NCBI GenBank assembly: GCA_973851085.1
Contig: OZ316775.1
Coordinates: 20,274,001 to 20,338,000 of the forward strand
Reading direction: 5' to 3'
Origin: Ptychomitrium polyphyllum
Taxonomy: Eukaryota
DNA length: 64,000 nt
This document shows, piece by piece, positions 27,604 to 40,469 of the stretch. The notes below the pieces were generated by a model. That model worked only from the letters and a program-made list of their open reading frames with translations, made no database searches and was not told the DNA's origin. A program made the translations under genes and the position numbers. Within the stretch, counting starts at the first letter, position 1, and each line of letters opens with the position of its first letter.

Positions 27604-29405
27604 ATAAGAGTGTAAAATCAACTTAGCCATTATAACATAATCAATGAGATACAATACAAAATAAAATAGAATTGCATTTGATTTTTGAGATTTATATAAT
27701 TATGCAAATATTGGGGTGATTTTGAAGGAAAATTCAAAAGGACAGGGTTGTAAACGCAGGTCAAAGTCTTAATTACGAATATTGCCATTTTAAAATATTG
27801 AATTATCTTCTTTGTAATCTCTTAATGTATATTCTTTGTAGCACTCAATTAGTATAATATGATAGAAGCCATAATATAATAGGGTTGTAGTAGTGCATGC
27901 TCTTAAATAATGAAACAAAGATTTTGCAATTTCTTCACTTGTATTTCTTATAGCACTTAAATGTAAAATAAGAAAGAACTTGTAATGGAGCAAAGTCATA
28001 AAAGTGTACATATGAAGCTTTTAGAAAGTAATTATTATAGATGCAATGGACATCTAAAATTAAACACTTTGTAGCCATATTTTGGCTGCATTGCCAACAT
28101 CAACCAAATCAAAGACTTTCCAAAGTACAAATTTATGGAGCTACTTCTTTACAACCTCATTGCTTCCTCTATTCAATTATCAAATCCAGAGTGTAAATCA
28201 ATACAAATTCTTCACTTGTGTATCAATAACTAAATTACTTGTCTCATCACAATTAAGCTTACCACACTTGCAAATATTTGTATTTATAACTCCAATTATT
28301 ACTTTATTCAAATTTAATACCTTTTAAATGTGACCAGAACATGAGCCTTGAAATTCTACACAAGAAGTGAGTTTGGTCTAAGATGAGTACTATTTGTCCA
28401 ATTTATTTATAGACATTTATCCAATTTATTCATAGACAATTAATAGTGGATCATGAAAAAGGATCATCAAATATTTTTACATTATAAAGACAAAGTATTA
28501 GCCTTACAAAGACACAAGCACATCTATGGGCCCCTAAGAACCTTAAGCGTTGTTACTTCTTTTTTAAGTGAGAAAAAACAACAAAAAAAATAGCTTTGAC
28601 ACTACATATGAAGAAATACAACTCACTTACCTAAAAAATGGAACATGTAACAATGAATGTATGAAGGCTTGAATGTTGATTATTATCATGGCACAAGAAT
28701 TTGTTGAACCTTCAAACATTTTTTAACTAATGATAAAATAACCCTACATTCAAGGATAATTAAAATCAAACTAAGAACTTTTTAAAACATGCCTTACAAA
28801 TAATCAACTATAGACTTAAGGTTGTAGTTTAGGGTGTTAAGTACAGCAATCATAATATTCAGGAGTGAGGTGAGCATATAAACACATTCAAAAGCAAAGA
28901 AGATAAACAACAAGAATGTCATACTTCTCAAGAACAGATTTTCTTTGCAAAAAGTTTTCAGAGCAGATATTTACACTCAATTCTATCAATTACTCCAAAA
29001 TGTAAGTCAAAGCTGAAATACCACACCAACCCAAAGCTCTAGGATCTACAAAATTGTACCTCCAATAGTGTTATGCTGTCACTACATAGCATGCTATAAT
29101 ACAACTGCCGAGGTTTGAACTGTACAATGTTTCACTAAGTCTGTCACTTGGATTGATATGCACTCCTCATCAAAACTTTTCAGCAACCTCTTCGAAATTG
29201 CATAGATGACCAGCCTAACATAATCTGGGTATCTTGTTAAAAATTTCCCAATATACTTCACCAGATATTTCTCTGCACTAAAGTTTTTTCCGTTTGTTGA
29301 GTCATCTTTTGGAGGGAATCAAAGAATTACAACCGAGTAAGCCGGCTAAGACTCGAATGTGAATGAAGGGAACAGAATTTATGTTAGCTACCATTCAAAA
29401 CCTGT

Positions 29406-32400
29406 TTAAATGTTTGCCATTAGCAAAGCTTCAATCTCCCCTTGTGACCGACCTTTAGTTTCCAAAACATATCTTTTCACAAAGACGGCAGCAGCTATGC
29501 AGATGGTTGCGAATCCGGTGTATAGAGAGCCAGTTCCCAACTTCTTCAACAAGGACAAGAACGTCAATCCAACAGTGAAGTTGGCCACCTGCAGCAGAGA
29601 TATTCAAGACATTTGTCAAATAAAATCAATAAAATAAAACAACAAAATCAGTAGTATACTTCACCTTCTCCAACACTTGCCACTAATAATGGACAGGTTC
29701 GAATAACGAGGAACGGATGCAGACGAATTAAATAGCTGTATTGTACTACATAACATACAATATGCAATGTACATAAATAAAAAAATTCTTACCCAATGAA
29801 CACACATGGCAACAGACAAGGCTTTTGCTCGAATTGGAGCAGCAAAGAGTTCAGGCAAAATCAATCCGGGCACTGGCCCTGCACCTAATGCGAACATGAA
29901 CACATATCTGCAGATGAAAAACTGAGAGTTGTCAAGTATCAAATCACATTGCAAACCTCTCTAACATGAGGTGCATGGAGACAATCAATTCACTGTAGTG
30001 TTTTTCACATTTTATTTTTAATTGGATTAATTTTAATCTTATTTGAGAACCAAAAAAAAAAATGAAAAGTACAGAAGTAATAACTTACACTAAAGTGCCC
30101 GCGAGAGCCACTGTTCCTCTAGCTGCACTTAATGCAGGAATAGATGCTGTCGCTGCTTGTACAGCCATAGCCAAACCCTACACGTTTACAAGAATATCAC
30201 AACATATGTACCAACTAAAAATTCCGACCCGCTCTCCAAGAAACAATGAACTTCACCAGTAAGTATAAACTTAATTAATACAGTCTATAGTGTCCAAAAT
30301 CTCATCAACAAGATCAACACATATCCTCTCAAAGCGTTAAAAAAATGTGGTGTAACGGTCGAGAGACACTATCAGGGAGACGTAAACTCACCATTCCAGT
30401 GAAACTGAAAATCATAAGACTGCGTCGACCAACTTTGTCCATCAAGTAGCATGCCAAACATGAAGCTGCATGACACAAACACAGTTTTTCATGATCAGTA
30501 AACCAAAAAGTAATTAGGAGCAGCATTCTTTTACTGTTTTACAGGTTTCAAAACTGAAAACTGAACATTAAAGAGTTCTTTTAAGAGTTTAACATCAAGA
30601 ACAGTCAAATATAAATACAATTGCAGGACATAGTATCGAGATATCAAAAGACGATATTTACCAATTAAATTAACAACTCCCACTGCAACACTTGCTCCTA
30701 CTTCGGAGTTAAGACCAGCACTTTTGAAAACAGCTGATGAAAAATAAAATATGGCGTTGATGCCAGCAAATTGTTGGAACGCAAATAATACTGCACCAAT
30801 AATCACAACTGCAAGCGTGGCAACAAATTTTTGGTCAGACGCTGCATAATGGAACGCACGAGTCACTCACGTTAAGAACCCAAAAGTTCTAACTCACCAT
30901 GAAAAATGAGAAATGAAAGATTTTAATGAAAATCTTCAGTCAAAATATTTCAAGGTGTACATTACGTTATTAATAAATAATAAAACGTAAAAAATACCTC
31001 TAATGTAACGTGGATCAATTAAAGCCTTCCATGATGTTCCTCCCTTTTCTTGTTCACCTCGAGCAAGTTCAACCATGGCAGCTTTCACATGTTGAGCACC
31101 CCATAATCTTGAAAATTCTTTCTTAGCTCTGAACAGCTTGCGTTGCTGTACATGAACCAACAAATTGTTACACATTCCATTTAAAAAAGTTTAGCTGCTT
31201 CAAAATACATGCTTAAGATACGGGTTTCATCTATCTTAGTGGAAACAGTTTTCCTGTTTTACTCCCAGTTCATCTTGTTAAATCGCTTAAGTGGCAATAC
31301 ATGTAATTTCCACTATCAAATGAGTTGGAATTGAACACGAACTAAGAGAACAGAAAGAAGAAAACTATGGAACATATTCTCACCTTGAAGAGCCACTGAG
31401 GACTTTCAGCACATGATTGCATCCCTACAGCAAGCATAACGGCTGGAATAATGGACATCGCAAAACAAGCTCTCCACCTGCAGACATTCAAGTATCATTA
31501 AACTATTCCCTCTAGTATATTATACTACAATTTACTGATCTTATTGAATCAATAAAACTTCCAAACGCTCCAAAAACAGCAATTGAATCATTAGCGTTTC
31601 AGTAAATATCATGCCTCCACATAATAAAATTTCAAAATATCTGAAGGTGTTTACCATCCAGCAATATGTGCAGCAGGGAGACCAGCTACTATAGCAGCTA
31701 TCATTCCAATACAACCTGTAATCTGAAGAAGACTTCCATTGGTACCTCTCACATGGACCGGGGAGACCTGCTCAAACACCAGCACGTACACAATCGAAGA
31801 AACACAATGAGATCAAAATATAATTAGCCTTAAAACATATCATTTCTTCCAAGCTACTCTGATACACTCTCACACTACTTCTAAAAGCTTATCCAAGAAC
31901 AAGAAAATGAGCGCACCTCAGAAATATAAAGAGAAGTAACTGGACCGGAAAGACCCAATCCTGTTCCCACGAGGAACCGTCCTAGGAGCATTGTGGGAAC
32001 ATTTGGCGAAAGGGCACTGCAATAGAAATGTAGTTTAGCCAGATTTATCCAATATAAGCAAGAAATATTTTCTAAACCAATGATTCTAGAGGAATGCACA
32101 AACCCAACCAGCACAGAACTTACTGCAAGTCTAAGGCTCTTTTATACACAAATACACACGATTGGCTCTAGGCTCTAGGTATTTACCTGAATAAAGAACC
32201 ACAGATCATGGGGATAGAGCTAAGTTGAAAGGCCCGTCTTCTTCCGTACTTATCAGCAACAGAACCGCTGAGGGCACAACCCCAAAATGCACCTACAAGG
32301 CATATGCTCACAACAAGTCCTACAGGTCGTGGAACAAGCTTCAGGTTAGAGTCACCAATAAAATGACATAGAAAATGAAAGAATTCGGCTGAGGTCTCAT

Positions 32401-33622
32401 ACTGAGAAGATAAGGTAAAGATTAATTGACTATACCTTGAATGAGGGCATTGCCAGCAAATCCAAGATCTTTTGCTATGTATTGAAGAGGGACATTCACA
32501 ACCCTAGCACGCATCAACACGATCCCACATTCAGCAACATGGCCTATTCATCAAAAGAAACCAATTACCAGCGTGAATTAATTAATAAGGACCTCAAACT
32601 TTCTAGAAGTTCATAGAAGAACACTCACCCCACATGATAGCCAAAGAGAACGGAAGTTAGAGTAGCAACAGCAACATGTGGAAAGGATAGTTGCCATGCA
32701 GGGACAGACACCGCAGGCACCTTGTGTTTCAAACCTCCTGAAAGGAAAGCAAACCGCTCAGTTCCTACCACTTAGAAAACCCCGTACATGTACGAAGCAA
32801 ACCTAATAGCCTCATGTGAAAACAAACCGCAGAACAAGCATTTGCTTCGAATAATACATGCCAAAACATCATAAAATACAGAAGGGATCGTTACAAGTCT
32901 TGCAATCTTCGTCAAATGATATCAAGCCCTCTACTAATAAAAAGACGAGCAAAACTAATAACCTCAACTCTAGAATGTTGCACTAAGAAGATAAGATTCA
33001 TGCCAGAAAAGAATTTGAATTTTTTTGGCATACCCGGAGCTTGACTTAGTCGGTTGGCCTCTCTTTGGCGATCCCCCGTTAATGAGCGCTTGAGCTTCTT
33101 CTCAATCACAGTTGCCCGAGACAGGGATTTTTCAGAATTCCAATGAATCGCATTCTTAGTTCTTTCCACAAACAGACCTAGTGAAGCACTCCTACTCGAG
33201 TTGCTAGCTGAAAGACCACTGCGCCCACTGGTTGATGGCGCCGCCTGTTCAATGCTTCGTCCCATCCTTCGACCATATCCATCGTGGCGAGACAATTCCG
33301 AAGATGAAGCTGCACGAGTCTGGCCAAACGAAAGCGGCTCGAACCGGGTTGATGGCGTTCCTTTCTTGGTTGTAAGAAACCCCAAGGGCTTGAGAATTTC
33401 ATTGGCTCCAGATGAAAGTATTCTTGGACAAGAGGATAAGCTGGCCAGCTTTAACGAGTTGAACCTCACCCTCGTAACCTCTGCTCTTGGGGTCCTTCCA
33501 CGAGGTTGGACCTGGCGTGCAAGGCAGCCAGGTGGTGTCGACAAAGAGGATGGTGATGTCTGCGACAAAGAGAGCGACGATGCTCCCTTCACGCACCCGG
33601 TGCTATACAAAGAGCTTGACAT
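29406..33622 (-). CDS. MFS sugar porter of the plastidic glucose translocator / SGB1 family. About 13 exons: 33622-33034, 32737-32629, 32503-32436, 32319-32187, 32016-31917, 31767-31655, 31477-31384, 31145-30998, 30808-30662, ~30465-30392, ~30177-30088, ~29907-29792, 29588-29406
   Basis: PHVAVATLTSVLFGYHVGVVN, ADKYGRRRAFQ, LYISEVSP...RGT, AESPQWL, FQQFAGINAIFYFS, MDKVGRR, GAGPVPGLILPELF, ETKGRS motifs across GT-AG exons. Confidence 0.92.
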
Positions 33623-36265
33623 AAAGGCTTGTAGGGTATTCACAAAAAACTACCTTGAAAGAGGCTCGAGATTTCAAAGTACAAGACTTCGATAAGTGAA
33701 TGCCCCCCCGCCGTTCTCACAACCTCCCTCTAGTCTAATCCACCAAAGACAACCAACCAACCAACCAGCCCAGCCTCGGTCGGATAACCTGTGTCACAGA
33801 ATGCACATTGTCTCGTCTGCTCTAAAACACCCAAACTTCTTCGAAGTCATAAAGTAGTATCCAAAACCACCACCTTCACCCAGATCTTCAAAAAAACTCC
33901 TTCGCTTGTCTGACCCCACAGGTGCACTCACCCAAAATCCTCTAGAAATTGTTTTGGCAAAACCTGACCCGGAAATGCAGCGAAGTTTGGGATGTCAAAA
34001 CAAAATCAAAGAACAGATCTTTGCTCAGGAAATCCAAAGCAGACTCTGAGCTTGTTCTCTTCCTCCACAAAGACGAAGATCTTTAGCTGCTCACCTGGAC
34101 ACCCAAAGGTGAAACCTTTGAAAGTTGGTATATGGTGTCTCCACAGCAGAGTAAGGGCACCCGGAGAGTGAGAGCTAGGAGGTGCTCTAGAGAGAGCAAT
34201 CAGGTCACGTTTGGCTTCCCAAGGGAGCAAAGGAAGGCAGGTTTTTGGGAAGAAGCGCCACAAGCATCTCGTACATAAACCAGGAGCCTAACTGTCGTGG
34301 TCCTCCCAGAGTCTTTTACCTTTCGTGCCGGGTGGTAAATCCTGCAGTCCTTCAAGCTTTGAGATGAGCGGGAGATATCGTCCGAGGCCCCACTTCCCTA
34401 AAATTGCTGTAAGCTTTCAACAACTCCAAAGCATCATCTTATTCTTCGGTTTGTACCTGAAATTCTTCAAAACCTGAAGATTCACGGAACTCAAGTTTCC
34501 AGCAAAAGGATCATCATTTGCATGCGATGGAAGGAGCGATATTTTGAATTGCACCTTGGAGTCTCCAAGATGGTAGTTTTAACTTCTGAACAATGAAGTT
34601 CATATACGAACTATAGTAGAGAACTTATAACATGCTTTAGCTAATATAGTACTTATCTACTGTGGTAGTGGTGGTTACCTTCCCCACTGCTAAAGCATGT
34701 CCTGCTCTGCAGTCTCTGGTCATCCATCAAAGCATGGCATTCAAGGTAATGTTCATAATGATTTAAACTGAGAAAAATTAGTGGTTTGCTTCACTGTCAG
34801 GGAACCATCAAGGTCAATTGGATACATGTTCATATGTACACGAGATGAAGATACTACACTCGGATGCTTTAGTATGGTCAGCAAAGATCCCTCAAACCCA
34901 TTTGTTTGTATGCATGCATGCAGGTTCACATCAGCAGATGAGGAGGAAAATTTCACCGCCCCTAGAAAGTTGCCCACGTGAAGGGGCACCTCTAGAAATA
35001 ATACCCAGAGGGGAAAAACATGACAAACGAGAAGAATTCGACTAATGTATGGCCGCCAGCTGCCAAGGAAGAAGATGTGAGGAGGTTTAATATGGAGAGT
35101 TTCGCAAGCCCTGCACCTGCGCACTTGGCAAGATATTAAGAGCCTCTGCATACACTTGGCAGGGCCTAACATGGTGGTGGCCCTGCCAGCTACTATTCAT
35201 GAGTGGGAAAAGCAGGGGTTCTCGTTCCACAGGCACCCAACTAAGCAGAAGAGACTCCGGGGGATATTACTTCGGCCCATGGATTATTCAAGTTCACCGC
35301 TTTTACAGCAGTGTTGGTGGCGTTTGGCGGGGGCACAGAGCTCTGGCGCCGCTTATATTTATTTAGTGTTCCTTGTAGGGTGATTGGTCACTGCCAGGAT
35401 GGAACCACCTGCGGCCACAGTGAAATCCATATCAGTGTTGAGGTCTGCAACAACATGGTCCCATGGTTTTGGATGATGAATGGCACTCCATGTTTTGATT
35501 TTTCAGAGCTAAGGAGTATTGAGGTGTTTGACAGTTAGTAGAACCAATGGATTCAATCTTTGGATGCTTTGAATTTGTGTGCAGTTGTGTGTTTCTGAAC
35601 ACATGATAATGGATGGCGTCCACTTTTGTTTTTTGGACCAATAAGTGGTATGTTTGACATTTGAGTGTAGCCTATGGATTTAATGGTTTATATGCTTTGC
35701 ATTTTGTGTGAGGTGGCATGTTTTTGTATGTTCGGGCAGGAGAAGGTCAGGATGACGTTTGGCGATGGTATAGATTTTTCCCTCATGCAAGCAATGCTCC
35801 TTTTTGATTTTGAGTTCTCATTAAATCTTCAGCCAGATGGCTCTGCACCACTCCTAGCGCAGAGCATCCAGATAATGAGCTAGGATACTCCACTGCAGAT
35901 AATGTTTATGAGAGTCTAGTGCTTTTGAAAAGAAAAGTTCTATTCTTGTACATGAGCCATCCAGCTAATGAAAGTTATGTTGTGAGCACACAATAGATAT
36001 AGTATTATTCATGTTATTATTAATATCTGATCAAGAAAAAGAAGCTAGAGTTGTTCTTCTTTCGAACCTTGCCTGAAATTATTGATCTTCAGGAGGCTGC
36101 ATCAGGAACATGTACAAGATAACAGTCTAGGAATTGCACTATACACCCAAATTTTATTGCTAACTAATTAGTCTCTGAACCTGGGCAAGGGTATGTGTCA
36201 ATCATGCATCCTCCAAATTCCAATATGCAAGAGACCATACTGGAACAGTACTACAGTACCACATG

Positions 36266-36308
36266 GGTATCACCTGGTATCACCTGGTATCACATGGGTA
36301 TCACACCT
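36266..36308. repeat. Short tandem repeat of a ~10-bp unit (GGTATCACCT)
   Basis: ggtatcacct ggtatcacct ggtatcacat gggtatcacacct. Confidence 0.7.
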
Positions 36309-36441
36309 ATTTCAAAAGGAGTACCACAACTGTAACACAACAAACTCCATAGTCTGCAGTGGCTTCTATACTGTTAAAAGTTGAACATTCCTGTAACTAC
36401 AGTTCAAACTCCATTTCCATACACAGATCCCTAAAGCTCTT

Positions 36442-36539
36442 TGGAGCATAACTTGAGTCCCTGTGGAGCATAACTTGAGTCCCTGTGGAGCATAACTTGA
36501 GTCCCTGTGGAGCATAACTTGAGTCCCTGTGGAGCATAA
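36442..36539. repeat. Minisatellite: four perfect copies plus a partial copy of the 22-bp unit TGGAGCATAACTTGAGTCCCTG
   Basis: Direct head-to-tail identical units with no spacers. Confidence 0.95.
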
Positions 36540-39324
36540 ATTCGGTTGGTATTTTCACTAGAAAATAAGAATCAACTTGATTTTCCAAAAAAAAGTAGTT
36601 TTATTGGATTACAAATTTGATCATCGTCAAATTCAACCATTTACAAATAAGATCAATACCATCAATATTTCACAATATGGAGACAATGGAAAACCTTTTG
36701 ATTTACTTTAGCTTATTCATTTTCAAGTTGTTTCATGTCAGACCTTATTACAAAATAAAATTATTATAACTTATACTTAGTTCCACTATTTAGATCTTTA
36801 TTATTCCAGACTCCATTAAAGAATTGTTCTTATTCTCTAAACATATGTATTAACATAAATTTATCAAATTATCAAATTGAATTATTAAGTGCATCATTGA
36901 ATTCATAAAATACATAATGTGATTATTATTTTTTTAAACATTAATAATAAATCTAATGTAAACTATTCCTTAAAAAAATTCATTGTGGCCTCATCTTTGT
37001 ATCCTACTATTGAAGATTGTTTAAGTAATTGTATACCAAGAAGGAACTTAAAGACTTCAGTTTACTTCTCCACTTATTTAATTTGAGTAACAGTATACGT
37101 TACACCTCCCTGCAAGTAAATCACCTATTTCAATTCAAGTGCCATTTAATCAAATTTGCAATAGTGTTTCGAATTATTATAATTTTTTGAATAACTATCT
37201 TTTTCTGTATTGGAGCCTAATCAAAAATAGATGAGGAAGAAGATTCCACCACAGTTGCTGTGCACGTTAATTTTTTAAACACAATATTGGGACTTTTCAA
37301 TCTTAACTTCCATACTAACAGAACTTGCCTTCTATCCACCACTTTTTGGAAAGCTCACACATAAATAAATGATATTCTAATAAGTGATCGCTATTTTTTT
37401 AAGTGATTTAAAAACTTGGTAGAAGAGTCATCTATTTTATACAGTCTATTATTAAAACTTCTTTTTTCTCCAAGTTTCATAAAATAAATTAGTTATGTCC
37501 ATCATGACAAACAAATTATTTTTTAATGTATGTGGTGCCATAATATTGAATAAAAGTTCAAATTTTAAGGCATTCTTTCAAATTTAAGGTTTTTGATGTT
37601 GACAAAGTGATATGGATTGGTGTTAAATGTTTCATGTTCTTCTTCAAATCATTCCATATTTGAGAATTAAAACATATTTTTCAATCATTCTACATAAGAC
37701 AAAAGATACAAGATTTTTATAAGTATAATTTATAATTTGCAAATATTCAAAAGAATTTAAAATATGCTCTACATTTGATATGCTTAACAAAGTAATTAAA
37801 ATCCATAATATGCCTTTTCAGATTTTAGTACATAGTACAGAAAAAACCTTATAGGCCCAAGAAGTATATTTATTTCTTTATCCATCCACACCTGTGAATT
37901 TACTCCATTTTTTATTTTTTTAAAAATAATTTACAATTGTATATAAATCTATCTTATATGCTATTACATATTTGATGTATTACCGGCCATATTTGTTATT
38001 ACATGACGAAATATATATAATAGTGTAATAATTTTAAAAATATATATCTTAAAAATAATAATAAATTAATTAAATTATATATTATGATTAATTGATTAAT
38101 TACAGTGGATAATTATAAATATGTTCAACTTATATCTTTTACTTTTGAAGTTATCTTCAAATCAATATATTCATATAATATACTCAAACCAGTTGATAAA
38201 GTAATTTTTTTTACTTTTATATAATAATATGACTTTCATGTTAAATTAGATATTAATAATTATAATCATCAATCAGTTATCTATATCTGATTAAATTTAT
38301 AATTGGAAATATTAATTATCTTAATGTACTTTGTATTATTTACATAATTAAAATAGTATGATAATATAATTAGATATTCTATGAAATAATAACAATTAGG
38401 AATTATTATTTTTTAGAATATGAAAAAACCTCAAATTTATTCAAAATTATTTTGATATCATATATTTGAAAACATATATGAAAATGCTATATGATATCAA
38501 AAACACATTTTTACACTTTCAAAAAATAAACATACTTGCAACTTATTTTGACTTCAACTTCCAACCTTCATTATTAATCTTTTTATGATTTAAGAATCAA
38601 AATTTTAATATCGACTTAAGCTAAAGTTGGATGGAAAAGGTAATTAAAATTCATTGATTTTAAATCATATTGTGATGATATAAATATACATAGATATACA
38701 ATTTGGAACTATTAATTTTAGATAAATCTAAAGAACATATTTATTTATTTATAAATATATAAAAAACTATGATAAATCTTTAATAGAACATTTTTATATA
38801 TCAAATTACAATGTATTTACATTTATAGATGTTCATCAACTTAATGTCTAACTGTTATGGATTTTATTTTTTTAAATTGCCATTTCTCATGTAGAGAAAG
38901 TGAAAAAAATTATTTTTTAAAACTTTAATAGAAATACTTCAACAAAACCATTACAATAAAAAAATATGTGGATATATTTTAGCAAAACTGAGAGTACAAA
39001 TAAAAAAATTGTAATATTTAAATTAAAGAAAAAACTTTAATTGTATTGCGTCCAATATAATTAATGGACTTTAAGTCCGTTTAGAGTGCCTATTATCTAT
39101 AACCTATAATAGTCACTATTACTTAGTACTTATTATCTAGTACCTATTATTTATAAAAGTATAATAGAAGATGATATATTTTTTTGCACCTTACTTTATG
39201 TAGTCATCAAACTTTGATTACTTTTGAAATGAGTTTTTTGCATTTTGTAAGTTTTTTTTATAATAATAATAAAAAAGATCATATTAATTTAATTATACAT
39301 CAAATCTTTAAAAAAGAAGAATAT

Positions 39325-40469
39325 TGTTGCGCACCTCGCCTTGAGGAGTGCCCGCAACACTAAGGGCACAAGGGGGACTCCAAAGTGACGTCCGGGACTT
39401 GTGGCGCCGATAGTGAAGAGAACCGAGTGGGCTTAACATGGGAAGGACCCCTAGGGGGAGAAACATCCTTGTCCATGTAGATCGAGGGCCACGAGGGATA
39501 AATCGTGGGCATTAAAGGAATCATGAAGAGCTGATTTTAGAATGCTAAGGATTGCCCAGATCGGACATGGGAGCTAAAAGTTATGGCACCCCAAAGTTGG
39601 GGTTGCCAAGGGGCTGTTCTGGAGTGTGGCAGCCCTACACAATGACTGTGCTGGACTGGGATAGTCCAGGGAGGGACTCCCCGGGAGTCCCGAACCTTGG
39701 GAGAGGCGTATCTCTCACAATACTAATTCAAATTGGACGTTTGAGGAGTCTATCGGCATCTACGCGAAGAGTAGATGACAATAGAGTGGTTGCTTGATAC
39801 ATTCGGACACCAAATGAGGAAGATATGGCGCCCTGAAGGTCCGCTGGGAGTCCCGGAGGCTTCCAGCGGCTAAGTTCCAAGGGGGATCGGGTGGTCTTCC
39901 AAAACTCTAGGTGTGTCGGGGTTCAGCTAGCTCCAGAGGGCCAGGGGGCCTGCTAAATCCCACAGAGAGTACTATAAGGGAGGGCTGGTCCCCCTCCCCA
40001 CTCCCCTAGTGTCCCGGTAGAGACTAAGGGTGAGTCCCGGTTGGTGGAGCTAGTGTTGGGGCTTCACCACGGGGACTCCCACACCATTGTGAGCCGGTGG
40101 ACGGCCGGTTTCACGAAGGAAACTAGCACGTTCAAAAAGATACGCTTGTTACCACTAAATTGGGGTGGTGTCTTCACGCCGGCACCATGATGGCCCGGGG
40201 TGATCTTAGGATCACTTGGGCATCATAAGTGGTGGTGAGGAGACACCACTAAGTGCGGTTAGGCCGTGTGGAATGGGAGTAACACCAAGTGAGGCCTTGG
40301 ACATAAATGGAAGTCCGCACCTAACCATTGACTACTAATAAATTGGGTGTCCTAAGAGAAATGGTAGAAAGACTTGGAAAGTGAGAATGGGGGTTAACCA
40401 TGTGCATATGGGGGTGTACAGGGTTGACGCGCGTGACGCTTGCTAAGGTGCATTGTAAGGGTTGCGACA
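39325..40469. mobile_element. Solo LTR (1145 bp) with a perfect AATAT target-site duplication
   Basis: TGTTGC...GCGACA termini. AATAT at 39320-39324 and 40470-40474. A GC-rich island in very AT-rich DNA. Homolog at 26282-27446. Confidence 0.92.

Noticed and set aside
33201..33695. 164-aa plus-strand ORF
   Set aside because: It is the antisense shadow of the GC-rich first exon of the sugar transporter and has no motifs.
34630..34700. 12-bp perfect inverted repeat (ACATGCTTTAGC/GCTAAAGCATGT) as a miRNA hairpin
   Set aside because: Pairing does not extend to a ~21-bp duplex.
36442..36539. CRISPR-like array
   Set aside because: The units are contiguous with no unique spacers, there are no cas genes, and the context is eukaryotic.
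36700..39300. Very AT-rich tract as a specific transposon
   Set aside because: No termini, TSD or protein motif could be identified. It is probably old eroded repeat DNA.
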